The notes under the pieces were generated by a model. It was given only the letters and a program-made list of their open reading frames with translations, was not told where the DNA came from and made no database searches. A DNA stretch of 64,000 bases from assembly GCF_029227915.1 (NCBI RefSeq), contig NC_079887.1:16160214-16224213 (forward strand), in the 5' to 3' direction. A program made the position numbers and the translations under genes. Source of the stretch: Hydractinia symbiolongicarpus (lineage: Eukaryota). Shown here piece after piece: positions 11,891 through 24,999 of this stretch (within the stretch, counting starts at the first letter, position 1; each line of letters starts with the position of its first letter).

Positions 11891-14249
11891 TTTGTAGCTC
11901 TGGCATAGTTTTACTTAAGAAATGGCCTGAAAATGTAAAACAGGAAAAATTAAAAAAAACACAGAATAGGGGTAAATAGGGCGTAGCTCAGTTTGCCTCC
12001 TACAGTAATAGGGAAAGCTTTTTTGTCTCTAAATAAAAACATATGCCACTGCCATAATTAATAAAAACAGTTTACATCCATTTTTGGTTAAATTAAGTAA
12101 TACAATTTATAAATATTGTTTTTTTCTGTCTCTTAAATCAAATATTCTTCACAATTCTTAAACCCAGCAATAGTTAAACAAAAATTTCTGTGAGCTTTTA
12201 ATTTTTTTTGAAATTTCTGCCACTGATCCTGTATCCAAATATGCCTTAGCCATACAACCCTCAAAATGAGTCGATTTCAGTATAAAATTGTCAATCAGAA
12301 ATGTTTTAGCATTTGAAAGCTTTACAGAAAACTAGGAAGCAAGAAGTTTGTAAATTTTTGCAAAAATGTGTGTAAAATTAGATAAATGAATGGAATTTTA
12401 TTAAAAACTTTGCATTTTTTAATTGACGTATTGACTATTATTATATGTATAGGTACAAGGAAAAGAGTGAACAAGCGCTAAATTTACAAACAATGTAATT
12501 ATATGTAATTAATTTCAAATTCGGTGTGCAGCCTTAGCCCTCCAAACTGAGAATAGTTGCGCACTCGCTATGAAAGAATGCAGCAAATTCTAGTGGTACG
12601 AAATCAAGACTGTGCAGTATTTCCAGTTTTTACTAACCATTATTACACCTTTGTGAACTGTGTAAGTTTATTTGGAATTAGGTTCACCAACAAGGGAGAG
12701 TGGAGAGGCGGGTAAGAGACACCAATAAAGAGGGCAAGATGAGAGTACAATGCATGTCATATTTTTGAAGCTACAAATTTACAGATTCTAATAGATTATT
12801 CCAATTGAGTTGAACAACCTTATCAAATTTTTCTATTAGATTAAGATATAGTCAATCACGTCCACTTGCCTCCTCTAACCTGCTTAACGTTAAACGCAGT
12901 CTAGGCGTGCGAAGGCCCTAGCCTTTGCACGCCTAGGTGGCGTGCATTGAATTTGTTCTCATTCTGTTGATCCTCATTATCCCAGATACAATTTTTCCTG
13001 AAAGAACATTGACTTCATTTTTGCATTGGGTTTGTGTTTCTCCCGAGCCATATTTCATTACTTTCAGCAAAGTGATGACACTATCATCTACTAATAAATT
13101 ATCATCATTGATACTTGTATCTTGAGCAGTTTTTGTAACCTACCAAAACTTTTTCTGGGTTAAACGGAACATTAACACATTTCGCGAAACCTACTTTTAC
13201 ATTCTTTTTGTCATGCTGCTATAGTGGAATTGTCAGTAGTCTTAGCAAAGTTAGAAAAAACTCCTTTGGTATACTTTTCTTTTTTACGGCCCTCCCTCTT
13301 TTTCCATTTTTCAAAAATTTGCCTGCATGCCATATTGGGCGAGAAAATGCAACATCTAGTGGTTACGTCATGTGGGTAGAATTATATACATGGTAAAAAT
13401 TACTTCTAGTAAAAGATGAGAACTTAAATGGTCTCCAATCATCAGTCAATTTGTGATATAAATATATATACAGCAGAAAAGATCCCTTTAACCAATGCAC
13501 TGCACTGAGTTGACAAACTTAATATCAGCCCCATAGTTTTATTTAGTTCGGCTTATGGTTCAAAATGGTGTAGTGACCAAGTAAGGTTGTATTATCGTTC
13601 TCAAGAAAAACAAAAACATCAGGATTAACTCAGTTGAATTTGTTGATGTTTGATACTCGTCAAGGCTTGGCATCAATTTATATTCTTTCATTTTAAAAAG
13701 TGCCGAAGAAAATGCCGCAGTCTGCCGAAGCAATTGCCGAAGGTTTTCAGTGCTTTTGACCATTGTCTTTGGCATTTTTTCTGCCGAAGGACTGCCGCAG
13801 TGATTTTAAAAAATTGCGAAGTTACTTCGGCAATTTTTTGCCGAGGCAAATATATCTGAAATTCGAGGGCTGTACGTTTTATTATAGTTTTAGTTTTAAT
13901 TATATTGAATGTTGATATTATAATTTTGTTTATTCCATTTATTCTTTGTAATAATACTTTCAAGCGATATAGTTTGTTTTGAAAGCACATGTACAGTGTT
14001 CATGACCATTTTCGAAATATTTTAAAATTATTTATATCTTGCCTCCCCCCCCACCCCCCTCCAAAAAAAATTTGCCAATAACACATAAGGGATATTTTGA
14101 AACAACTTTCTTTAGCATTTATTGTTTATTACACACTCCTCTTGTATTAGTCCCATTTAAGTATGAACTTTTTCTGATTTTAAATTTATGTAACTGGTTA
14201 TGTTAAATATAATGTATATCCTACTTTCCATTGCTTTTTATTTTCCAGT

Positions 14250-14713
14250 ATGTTTCTAACTACGTTGAATTCCAAAAGAAACGGAGAAATTATAAAAAGA
14301 TTATACCAACTCCATTTGGTGAGTTGCTGTGACGGTTTATTTCAACTTCTCGATAAAATTGATTTCAACCTGAACGATATTAAAGAGAGAAGAAATTTGA
14401 ACATGGCTTTATTTGCACCGACTGTAAAATACTGTGAAAACATTTTGAAGCAGGTATTTGAATGTACATTGACATCAACATCGACAACTGCAGAGACACT
14501 GTCTGATGAAACAGAAGCATGTCCTATAAACATCACCGAAAAAGCTACAGAATTTTGTGAGCAGTACAAGCTTGATTGCAGTTCAAGTAAAGTTTTTGTA
14601 AATAATATTGACTTTAAAGTAAAGCAAAGAGAGCTATGGGACTTTTTTGAGTACTTTGGTAAAGTGTTGAGGTGTAGTATCATTAAAGACAGGAAGACCA
14701 AAAGATCAAGAGG
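14250..14713 (+). CDS. RRM-protein coding exon (first identifiable coding exon; ATG at 14250 directly preceded by a polypyrimidine-AG, so it could also be an internal exon). Contains RNP-2 (KVFVNNI); ends in phase 2.
   Basis: The ORF ...SSSKVFVNNIDFKVKQRELWDFFEYFGKVLRCSIIKDRKTKRSRG, then donor GTATCC at 14714. RNP-1 (RGFAFVIF) is completed across the splice into 14796. Confidence 0.5.
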
Positions 14714-14795
14714 GTATCCATATTTGTATTTCCATGTATAAAGTTGCAATTGATCAACTCTAAATATTTACCTGATAATTTTTTTTTCTATTCAG

Positions 14796-14879
14796 GTTTG
14801 CATTTGTTATTTTTTCGAGTCCACAGGATGCTAACTCTGCAATAAATGCTAAAAATTATGAATTACGCTTAAACGGGAG
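14796..14879 (+). CDS. RRM exon 2 ((G)FAFVIFSSPQDANSAINAKNYELRLNG-), RNP-1 octamer
   Basis: Acceptor ttcag| at 14795, donor GTATGT at 14880. The frame continues from the previous exon to give RGFAFVIF. Confidence 0.55.
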
Positions 14880-15047
14880 GTATGTAAAATTGACAGCAAC
14901 TTTCAAGCTATTGTTGATGATTCCTGCTTTATTCCACGTTTTTATTTTCTAAACAGGTTAACATAAATCCCTATGAAATAGATTTTCAGGGTATTTTCCA
15001 ATAATGTAATGATTTCATTTTCGCTACAACTTTACATGTTTGTAATA

Positions 15048-15088
15048 GGGTGATGGTTGTCAAACCAGCTACTCGACAGAAAAAATCA
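15048..15088 (+). CDS. RRM exon 3 ((R)VMVVKPATRQKKS-)
   Basis: Acceptor gtaatag|, donor GTATAT. Phase-consistent with its neighbours and completes the RRM beta-4. Confidence 0.4.
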
Positions 15089-15174
15089 AGTATATACCTT
15101 TTCATGTTTCAATCAGCAATTTCTTTTCTAATATCAAAGCTACTTATGCATTTAGTGTCTTATTAACATTTTAG

Positions 15175-15224
15175 CTAAGTCAGAAGAAAATACATCACTT
15201 TCTAAAGCTGAGCAAAAAATGAAG
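15175..15224 (+). CDS. Linker exon (-KSEENTSLSKAEQKMK), ending in phase 0
   Basis: Acceptor ttttag| at 15174, donor GTAGGA at 15225. Phase-compatible with the F-box exon at 16294. Confidence 0.3.
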
Positions 15225-16293
15225 GTAGGATTGTAAAATTATGAGCATTTTATAATACAAGTATAACCCAAAAAACTTCACTGATAACTTAAACTTCCAG
15301 GAACTGAAACAAACAGCTTTTTAAATTTCCTTCAACAGAACTTTTTTATACAAAAAATTTAAGTCAAACTCTTAATAACTGGAACATTTATTAAAAGTTG
15401 AATTTTTTCCCTGTCCCCTGTGCCTATACCTCTGATAACTAAAGCTAAGGCATTTTTCAACCTTGTCATCACCAAAATTATAAAAACTAGATAAAAAACG
15501 CCTTCCCAGCACCAAGATTATTTCTGTTTGAACTATATTCAATTGTTTGCCAAAGTTCAAGTTATCAAGAAACATGAGGGGAATACTGTATATCAATATC
15601 ATTGACACAAATCTCTGACTTTGTTTTTTGGAAGGTTTACCCTGTTCAATTTACATGGTTTTTTGTAATTTGACCAACACAGATTTTTTTCATATTTCAT
15701 TTTATTCAGTACTAACACAGTTATCTTAAGAAAAAATCTCATTTATATAATATCAATTTATTTTAGGATGCTGCACAGTATTTTTTAAATAATGACTTGG
15801 GCGAACAGAAATGTCAGTTGTATGTTTAATTTTTTATATGACTACTTCTATGTAAGAAAGAACTTTAGAAAGTTTTTAGAAAATGTATTTATTAAAGTCT
15901 CCCTACTTAACAAAACTTACATAAATTCTGTTCATTTGACTTTGAGAAACCTCATTTGTCTTACTAACATTGTAGATTTATCATTAAGGGTTTCCCTACT
16001 TCCTTCTCTAAAAAGATATTAGGTTTATTGTAGAATAATGTTGTGGATTTTAAATTAAATTTGTCAATCGGCCAAATTTTGTAATTTTTCTTATTACTAG
16101 TGTAAGACTTGTCAGAAATTAACTTGATTGCACAGCAATAGTTATGCGCTATTAAAGGCCCAACATGAAATTTTTTTTGATATTAAAGCAAACATGAACA
16201 AAGCAATTTTCTGGAATTTTGTTTGCCTTGACACTGCTCTCTTGAGTAAAGTATTTTGAATTTAGAAGATTATCTGTCTTGTTTTTTAACCAG

Positions 16294-16391
16294 GGAAAAA
16301 GAAATATGTCCATTTAAAGTTCTTTGTGATGACATGATTCTGGAGATATTTTCCTATCTAGATCTTATTACAAGAATAAAAATCGAATTAG
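16294..16391 (+). CDS. F-box exon (GKEICPFKVLCDDMILEIFSYLDLITRIKIEL-)
   Basis: Canonical F-box N-terminal half (L..LPDEILLKIFSYLD pattern). Acceptor aaccag|, donor GTATGT. Confidence 0.65.
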
Positions 16392-17216
16392 GTATGTTTT
16401 TATTTGTCTTCAGCATTTATTCTACATGTTAATATTCTTGTACTAAATAAGTTGTGGAGTGTATAATTCAATGAGTAGTTTATATGTGAAACTTATCTCT
16501 GTATTACAGCCAACATTAGTGCTGACGGTTTAAACATTTTGTTTTTATTGCATGCAGCTAACTGCAAAGAAGACGTATTTGTTTATACTTTTTGGATGAT
16601 ACATTACTAGCCACGTAACTGTACAACGACGAGGGGTTAGAGTATTTAATCTTCCTAATTTCATAAAGATCAAATATGTATATCTACCTACTGTCGAAGC
16701 AAACTTATATTTTTGAAAATAGACAAACTTGAATTAACTGAAACTGAAACCTACTTTCCTTATTTCTACATACCTACCACAGTCACAATTGACACCCACT
16801 TGCAATTTTAGTATAAAAAGCTACTTTTTTAAGGCGTCAACCTGCTCTACATAGCTAACAGTCAATTTTAACGGCCAAAATTACGTTTATTTGATGCAAT
16901 TGTTTTTGTAAAGGCATTTAAAGAAAAAAAAATAATTTATTACTAACAACTTAAACATTTGCAGTCCAATGTTGATAACACTTGATTTGTTTATTGCAAT
17001 GAAAATTGGTCAAGATAGCCAATGATGCAGGACTTGTTTTTTGGCTGTTATACAAAGATTCTTTATGAGAAGACCACCTGTCCAAGATGGACGTCTTAAG
17101 TAAATTTGAATATATGCTAATAATGCATGTAAAAATTGCAAAAAGCAGCAGAAAATTCATTTTTCTAGTTGCACATGAGAGAAAATACACTTCCATTTTT
17201 TTCATTTTTTTTTCAG

Positions 17217-17312
17217 TATGTAAAAAATGGCAGAACCTTGCTATTGAGTCTTGGGGAAATGTTCACCATGTTGACTTTCATGGTATATTTCAAATATCTC
17301 ACAAATATGCAG
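17217..17312 (+). CDS. F-box second half (-VCKKWQNLAIESWGNVHHVDFHGIFQISHKYA-)
   Basis: The C(R/K)(R/K)W...W motif of the F-box. Acceptor tttcag|, donor GTAATG. Confidence 0.65.
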
Positions 17313-17578
17313 GTAATGTGGTTTTTTTCTTCCTTAGAATTTATTTTTAAGTTTCATTCTAATATGCATTCTGCAAGATTTGCATTCAGTTTAAGCTACT
17401 TATTGTTAGTATTTGCAAAAAAATGGCAAACGGGTTAAACTTTTTTTAACTAACAAGCAAGTCTATTGTTTTAGGGGTTTTTTAATGTTTCGTGTGGGTT
17501 TAGCTTGTATATACAATGCAATTTTATTGTTTTATTTTATTGGTGAATGTAATAAGTGGCCTGAATTTTATTTTTTAG

Positions 17579-17692
17579 GTTTAACTGATCGAGTTTTGAT
17601 ATCATTATTAAAGAAAGGTTGTCAAAACCTCATATCACTCGATCTTTCTGCCTCTCCATATCTTCTCAGTCATTACAGCTTGATATATATTG
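17579..17692 (+). CDS. LRR exon (-GLTDRVLISLLKKGCQNLISLDLSASPYLLSHYSLIYI-)
   Basis: FBXL-type leucine-rich repeat (L..L..GC..L..L.L). Acceptor ttttag|, donor GTATGT. Confidence 0.6.
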
Positions 17693-17944
17693 GTATGTGC
17701 AAAAAACCCCATTTGTTGTTTTAACGAAAAACTACTTTATTTCTGGATTGTGGTAATGTTTTTAAATCACATTCTAAGTCTGATTTGGGTCACATTTTTC
17801 ACATTTTTTTTGTATTACTTACTTGTGGTAACGCATTTTAAAGGATTGAGAATTATTCGCTAGGAATTTAGCAAATACTATTCATAATATTCCCTTATAG
17901 TACTTTCAAATATTATATTGTTATTGAAGATATTGTTACGGTTT

Positions 17945-18365
17945 GTCTGTTCAGTATTCATATTACTCTGGAAAGTTTATCATTTCTTGAACATGATAGT
18001 TTAGTAGGCAACGTTTCGGGAGATCCTTCTCCCATCATCGGGCAAAGTAAAATGATGTTGAGCATGTATTTATATAATTGCAGAGGATCGAAATTCATAA
18101 AAATTAGCCAATCAGAAACGAGCTGATAATTACAGTTAATTACGGTTAATTTCGGACCTAGATGTAGGTAACTACTTCTTCTGTAGGTATCAACTTCCTA
18201 AGATTTGGTTACCAGCCCTAAGATTTGGTTACCAGCCCCTGCTCAACATCATTTTACTTTTCCCGATGATGGGAGAAGGATCTCCCGAAACGTCGCCTAC
18301 TAAACTATCATGTTCAAGAAATGATAAACTTTCCACAGTAATATTATATTGTTGATAGGAAATGG
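17945..18365. mobile_element. Foldback MITE with ~120-bp terminal inverted repeats and a short internal tandem duplication (CCTAAGATTTGGTTACCAGCCC x2), inside an F-box/LRR gene intron
   Basis: 17950-18070 is the near-perfect reverse complement of 18240-18360. Confidence 0.7.
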
Positions 18366-18574
18366 TAATGTATTTTAGATCCACAAAATCAATACTGCTT
18401 AACCAATATATCTTTTTTCACATCTAATGTAAGATAAACGTAAATTACCAATCTAAGTCTGTTACTTTTGTTTTTACGGCTTTTGCTTGTTTCTAAGAAT
18501 TTTTGTTTGTTTCAATTGAATTTATAGAAACAGTTAACTGATGAATATATAGTATATTTTGTTTCAATTTGCAG

Positions 18575-18672
18575 GAAATATATGTGAAAAGTTGGAGAGC
18601 ATAAACTTATCTTTTACTTCTGTGCAGAACAAAACATTGAAACATCTTGGCTCAAAACTTTTGCAGCTTAAA
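18575..18672 (+). CDS. LRR exon (-GNICEKLESINLSFTSVQNKTLKHLGSKLLQLK)
   Basis: LRR consensus. Acceptor ttgcag|, donor GTATGT. Confidence 0.55.
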
Positions 18673-18994
18673 GTATGTTTTTTTTTCTACCAGTTTTCTT
18701 TCGCGACATGTTTTGTTGACGATGTATGTTGTAGCCACTAGTGTTGTACTTACTTTTTGAGTTTTTTTAATTTTTTATTGTTACGTTTAGAAAATTAATC
18801 TTGCTAGGTGCTTGCATGTTGGTGAAAAAGGGTAACTTAAGTTTCTTAATCTTTCTGATTTTCCATGGACACTTCACTCAAAAAGACACTAATGCATCAT
18901 TTCCTACCTTTTGTTGTTATTAAATTGCAAGCTTTTTCCTCTCTTTTGAATTTTTTTTACAAATTAAATTGATTGATTTGAATACAATATTTAG

Positions 18995-19070
18995 TCTGTG
19001 GTGGTTGTTTAAAGATTTAAAACACTTGGAATATTTGAAACTTACAGAAACAACAAGACTTTCGGGAAAA
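18995..19070 (+). CDS. LRR exon (...LWWLFKDLKHLEYLKLTETTRLSGK); 5' boundary and phase unresolved
   Basis: Open LRR-like frame ending at donor GTAAGT at 19071. The obvious acceptor at 18994 gives the wrong phase, so the true acceptor, or an extra micro-exon, is unresolved. Confidence 0.35.
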
Positions 19071-19499
19071 GTAAGTGATCGAATAAAAAATGTTTACTTT
19101 GCTATGTTTTCAGTTGTGTTTAGCAGTCTACTTAATATATTTATCAGAATCAATACTTGTTACACATGGGGGATTCGTATTTTTACTCTATTTAAATTGA
19201 AGCGCAAAAGACCTTTAATTGCAATTCTCGAGATTACTGGAATTGAATGGATTATATCATGAAAATGTGAAGGTAGGGTGCAACCCTGGAACGTAATTAA
19301 TAAAAAAGCAGAATAATAATAATATCTCGTTTTCTTCCAACACCTGGTCTTGGTATTTTGGATATTCAGCTAGAAAATTTGTTTACGTGACCAGGCAATT
19401 TGATATTTATGGAGAGAGAGGGTAATAGAATGTTTTCATTTTAATTTTTTATATTATGTCTACGGTTATTAAAAAGTTGTTATTTGTTTTTGCTATTTA

Positions 19500-19556
19500 G
19501 TGCTTGTACATGCTTCCACCTACATTAAAAACCGTTGATTTCAATACGTGTTCAAA
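19500..19556 (+). CDS. LRR exon (CLYMLPPTLKTVDFNTCSK)
   Basis: Acceptor atttag|, donor GTAAGA; phase 0. Confidence 0.5.
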
Positions 19557-20064
19557 GGTAAGAGTGAGTACATTTGGTTGTGTCTGCATAACAAATGCAG
19601 CTTTTTATTTAAGACCAACCTGTGATATTGTACATTTTTTTTTCTGATTGTAAACATCCTTTCGGTTTTAAAAAATTACTCAGAATAATGTTCTTGTAAG
19701 TGATCAAATTTGACATTGTTTGATGATATAAAATTTTTTGGTCGTTGCAGACCAAAATACGTTGCGATATTGCTGTGTTGTCGTTAGGGACCATCTCAAA
19801 TTTGAAAGTGAAAGCAAGTCCGAAATTCAGTACCTTATGCAAAAAAAAAAAAAAATAAATAATAAAAAAAATTGAACAACTTCTCTATTTTTTATTTATT
19901 TGTATATTTATAGGTTTGTGATTAATTGAATAAAGTTCAAAGGAAAATAAAATGTGAAATTACATTTTATTTTCCTTCTAACTTTATTTTTTCAAATATA
20001 GTTTACATATTTTTGTGGGACTCACTGTAGAGTAGAAGCAGAGAGAGGTATATGAGTAGAATTT

Positions 20065-20175
20065 TTTGTTTAGCTCTCAGATCTGGGATTGAAAAATCTG
20101 GCAATGCGATGTCCAAACTTGACCAATATTAATATTTCGTTATGTTTGTCGATCACCAATGCTGGTGTAAATGCA
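20065..20175 (+). CDS. LRR exon (LSDLGLKNLAMRCPNLTNINISLCLSITNAGVNALLE)
   Basis: Typical FBXL LRR (L..L...CP.L..L.LS.C..ITD.G). Acceptor gtttag|, donor GTAAGT. Confidence 0.6.
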
Positions 20176-20257
20176 CTATTAGAAGTAAGTGAAACAAAAC
20201 TTTTGAAGAAGATGGAGAAACGTTTTGACTGATTGTAACATGCTCGTTAGGAGATGC

Positions 20258-22272
20258 CTTAATTACCGACTTTCATACAGTGCAGTCTGGGCACGAATAA
20301 AGCGCTTGTAGGGACAAATTTTTAGCTTGTTTTTGTTTGACTCGATAGCCCAGTCAAGTTTTTTGGTCACTTTCTCACAAAGAATTATTTGTGTCATACG
20401 AAGAAAGGTCGTGAAATGTGTAACCTTTTCTTGTTTCTCTTCTAATTCTTAACATTTGGTGCTGCTAGTCCTCTCTTTGGTATATTATCTATATTAAAAC
20501 AAGAACAACTTACAGTTATTAACTTTTACAAAGTTTAAAAGATGGACGATGGTAAAAGTGTATTTTTAGCTCTGTGCCTGCAGGCAGAGGCAATGAGCAT
20601 GGACTGAAGTATCTATAAGAAAATACATGACGCACTGCTAGATATTACACATTTTTTCCTTATAATCAACCTTCATGGTATGAATTAAATATAGCTAGCT
20701 AGATGGCTGAAGACAACCATATGTTCAATGTAATGTATGTTTGGCTATGGCTGCAACAAGGACAACCAAAACGAATTAGAGCTAGCTAGCTTATTGTTGC
20801 AAAAGTAGAAGAAATGGATAATCAAATATCAAGCTAAAAGAATCAAGATATGAATAATTATCAAAGAATATTTTTAAATTTGGACGAAAGGCTATTAAAA
20901 ATGCCACAACTGCATATGTAGCTTATATATACTGTCCTTATTACGTGATTATCTAGAAGCGAATATTTAACCCCGCCAACTCCATAACTTTATGGTTTAG
21001 CATCTCTAAAAAAAACTTAATTAATTAAAAAAAATTAAATTTTTTTTTAATTCAACTTTTTCTGGCTAATTTTTTTTTTTGAGGAAAAGATTTTCAGGAT
21101 GAAGGTAATCTTCAAATGATAGATTTTTGCAGAAAGAAGTTTTCATGAGTTTTTTAGTTTTTTTTTTCTTTAGTTTACAAGTTCACAACAAATTTTAGGA
21201 GTCAGTCATGTGTTTGCATGTGTTTACAACTTATTCACTGAAATAAATTCTTGTCAATAAGTTTAAAGAGAACATTTTCTTACTTGCATGTAATTTTGCT
21301 ATGATATCTTTCCAACCTTTTCCTATCCTTGTCAGAAAATTTGACCCACCATTTCCCTTTTAGTACTAGATTCCTAACCAGTTATATATATGCAATATTA
21401 AATTTTAGCTAATCTGGCAATTTTGGAGTTTTTTGCAAGAATTAATTTGTTTGTATCAAGTGTTTATTATTAACTAAAAGATTATATATATCAAATGTTG
21501 ATGAAGACTTTTGCAAAAACAGTTTGCTGAGGCTGAAGATTTAGTAATTTTAGTGAAAGAAAAATCAGTATTGTTAAATAACGAAAACTTTATTGTGGAT
21601 AAAAAATGAGACACTTTGTGTTAAAAATTTGTGGATGTTGGATTTTAACTTTTTTTTGTAAATTTAAGGTTAACGTAGATGTAACTAACAGCTAACATAA
21701 TGATAATAATAGAAAAGTATTCACAGTGATGTTTTCCTTGCCCCTGTGCACTGGCCAGGCTAACTAAAGCTAAATGGCTTAAACTACACCTTTCATCACA
21801 CCTTTCGTCAGCTATTTACCTAGCTAGTTAACTAACTAACTGCACTTGCTTTGTTTTGAAATATAGTGGTAGTAACTATTGGGGACAATACTTTTTAAAC
21901 AATAAAAATTAGCAATGTGGTGCCAACAATAACATTTCTTTCTGGTAACACGTTGGACACTTAACTTTTAGCTGGGCTAACCTTCAGACGGAATCAGCAA
22001 TCTTTAGTCATTTAATAACCTTGAATTTTGTGTCTTTTGGATAGAATACAGTCCATAAACCATTAAAGAATACCCTTCTTTAATTTTACTGTTATAATAG
22101 TAAAGCAGGGAGGTATAAAAGTTCTTTTATACCTCCATGGGTAAGCCTTAAGTTAAATTTTCTGTTAATTTTGTTGTTGTTTTCTTCTTGTTGCGCTACC
22201 ATTATGAAAAATTTGTCCCTACAAGCTTTTACTCGTGCCCAGACTGCGCTGTATGAAAGTCGGTAATGATGC
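20258..22272. mobile_element. ~2-kb non-autonomous TIR DNA transposon in an F-box/LRR gene intron; ~55-bp TIRs (TTACCGACTTTCATACAGTGCAGTCTGGGCACGAATAAAGCGCTTGTAGGGACAAATTTTT)
   Basis: 20258-20320 is the reverse complement of 22205-22272. The interior has no ORF and contains low-complexity A/T tracts. Confidence 0.6.
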
Positions 22273-23442
22273 GAATTTATTATGTATTTGTACACATTTG
22301 TAACTTTTTAAATTTCTAGTTCATTTTTGCGAATTAGTTCAGATCTCCTTTAAAGGTTTTCGCTTGTTATTCAAAAGCAGCTTAGTCCTGTACCAACCTC
22401 GTTCCCAGGGCAAATTTCCTCTGTTTTGTTATCAAAGACGACGCGAAGAAATGGCCCTGCTGTGGGAACGAGGTTGAGTCTCGTGCATGGAGAAGTATTT
22501 GTTGCTAATTTATTACAAATATTACGAAACAAAATGTTATTTTATTTTAGACTTGTACAAACGTTTTTAACTTAAGCATGAAAGGTTTGAGCCCAACACG
22601 TAAGTGATATATCATTTCTTCCAAGCATTTATTTGTCTACATGGAAATTTGAGTCAATTTCTATACTGTAAATGCTTTAAATCGTGATATTATGATACTT
22701 TTTCAGGAAAAAGGAAGATGTTTAACTAAAGGGAAAGAAGGGTTTTATTTAGTGGGAAACAAGGTTTTAGGGGGTGTTTGATTGGTTGTTCAAGTTTTAC
22801 CTCGTGCTTTTTTTAAGCTTTTTGGGGCCTTTAACTTCTTGCTAATTTTAAAATTTCTTGAGAACAGATATTAACAGACAGTTTTTCCTTGTTTAGTTGT
22901 GACGTCACGTGGTCTTCTGTCTCTTCGCAAGTTAAACAAGTTGGTAAGGATACAAATATTTTTTATTATGTAATCCTTAAAATTAATAATTAATTTTGAC
23001 TAGGTCTAGCTTTAATGTATATAAATTAGGGCCATGTCGATGAGAATCTTGCCTCTTCTTAGTTCTGTGTGCCTTACCAGAATGTCATTAAGCATGCCTT
23101 TTTATTCCCTTGATTTTTGTCACCTCTTTATGATGTTTACACGTACACGCTCATAGTTTTTTTACACAAACATAATTTATTCCGCAAAACAGGTTGAGGT
23201 ACTCGTTTTGTAGCTTTCTTCCCAAAGTATTTTCTTTTGTGGTGGAAGAAATAGATAACTGGGTACTTTTTATTTTTCTTATGTCATTTGATACATTTTC
23301 AACAATTGAACTGTCTGACAACTTAGGGAATTGATTTTCGCAAGAATTAATTTTGGAAATTCCTGCGTAAATTAATTGCCTTAAAGTGCACATTTAGAAA
23401 CATTTGTAATGTTTCTTATTCCTTTCTTTCTTTACTTTTTAG

Positions 23443-23522
23443 ATATCTCTCGACATCAGTCAAAATAGTTCAGTTGATGATGACGTCATTAAGACTGTGA
23501 GCAGGTCCTGCTCCAAATTAAA
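23443..23522 (+). CDS. LRR exon (ISLDISQNSSVDDDVIKTVSRSCSKL-)
   Basis: Acceptor ctttttag|, donor GTAAGG. Confidence 0.55.
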
Positions 23523-23909
23523 GTAAGGAAAAGTTTAGGGACACCCTGACACAGGATTTGATCGTTCCAACTGCTTCTGAACTAATTTGCAAGCTTGATC
23601 GCAGTTCATGATAAACATTGGACAACCAAAAAAGTGTATTACATACTTGTCATTGACATCTTGCATGTCTTCTTTTATAAAACACACTTTTACAGTTCAG
23701 TAAAAAATGCGTTTTGATTCGGATGAGGGATCATTTAAGCATTACATCATACAGAATGATGTTGGTGGGTTAGGGCGAAATTTTTATTTGGATGACGTTA
23801 CTTAGCATTCTGATTGGGTGGGGTTGAAATGCTTCTTTGTGTTATTTTAAATGATCCAGTATGTTTGACCATGTAGTCATGTCATAGTTCACTAACGCAG
23901 GATTTTTTT

Positions 23910-24015
23910 TAATTTGAAGGTGTTTAAACATAGAAGCATGTCATGGGGATATAACCTGCGAGGGAATCAAATCTCTTTGTTTACTGGACGAATTGACTGA
24001 CTTGAATATCAGTTA
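23910..24015 (+). CDS. LRR exon (-CLNIEACHGDITCEGIKSLCLLDELTDLNISYIVK)
   Basis: Acceptor ttgaag|, donor GTAATC; phase-consistent. Confidence 0.55.
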
Positions 24016-24279
24016 CATAGTCAAGGTAATCTCCCCTCTTTAGTATTTTTTTAGCACTCTTCAAACAACAAACTCCCTTTTTATGTGTGCTGTGTTCCTT
24101 AAGTGGATGAAAAATGCATCCAAATGGAAACCATTTGACTGCAGTTTTCGCTACAAGCGCAAAAATTCAGTATGTAGCAGAATTAGAGATTTTACTTTAC
24201 AGAATTAATGTTTGCAAACCTTCTTTGTTTCCGCAAGTTTAATTTCTATTTTTTAAACAAGTACGACATACATAAGTGA

Positions 24280-24625
24280 CTAAATTTTGGCTAAGTGACT
24301 AATATTTTTTGCCGACTAAAATTTTTGCCGACTTTTTTGTTATAGACCAAATTTTTTTGCCGACATTTTTATTTCCGACCTAACATTCCGACTTTTTTCC
24401 GACCACCTTTTTGCCGTTTTTTCTTCCTTGTTGCTAATTTTTATCAGTTTAATGCAATTCTTTTTTAGTGACTAAATTCATAAAATTAGTCGGCAAAAAG
24501 TGACTAAAGTCAAAAATTTTGTTGGCAAAAAGTGACTAAATTTTGTCCAAGTGACTAATATTTTTGCCGACTTTTTATTTTTGCCGACTAATTTTTTTGC
24601 CGACTTTTTTTTATCGATAAGTTAC
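24280..24625. repeat. Intronic low-complexity palindromic repeat cluster (TTTTTGCCGAC / GTCGGCAAAAA and AAGTGACTAA units)
   Basis: Multiple direct and inverted copies of the two motifs. Confidence 0.6.
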
Positions 24626-24999
24626 GCAAAGTTTTTTTTTCGCATTTTACCTTATTTTTGATTTGTCCGTAAATTCCCTCTAAATTCAGGACAGCTAGAT
24701 TTTTGTAGATTTCACTTTAGACAATAAATAGCTTTTTGAAGTTACTTAAAAATGTGCTCGTTCACAATTTTTTATTTCGCATTTTGCATATCTAATCAGA
24801 GTTCCCAATCGTGAAATTGAATTTCGCAATTTTCTCGCAAGCAATCTCCTAATGTATTTATTAGCTTGACTAGTCGTAAATATACGGGAATTCGCCAGTT
24901 GTACATGTTTTCCGCATTTCGTGCATCGTTGTGTGACTGTTAACAGTAATGTAATTATTCTGCACAGATGGATTAAAAGTGTCCTGTGATATGTTTTAG

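Noticed and set aside
14342-14749. Minus-strand 135-aa ORF
   Set aside because: Antisense of the RRM exon; no motif support.
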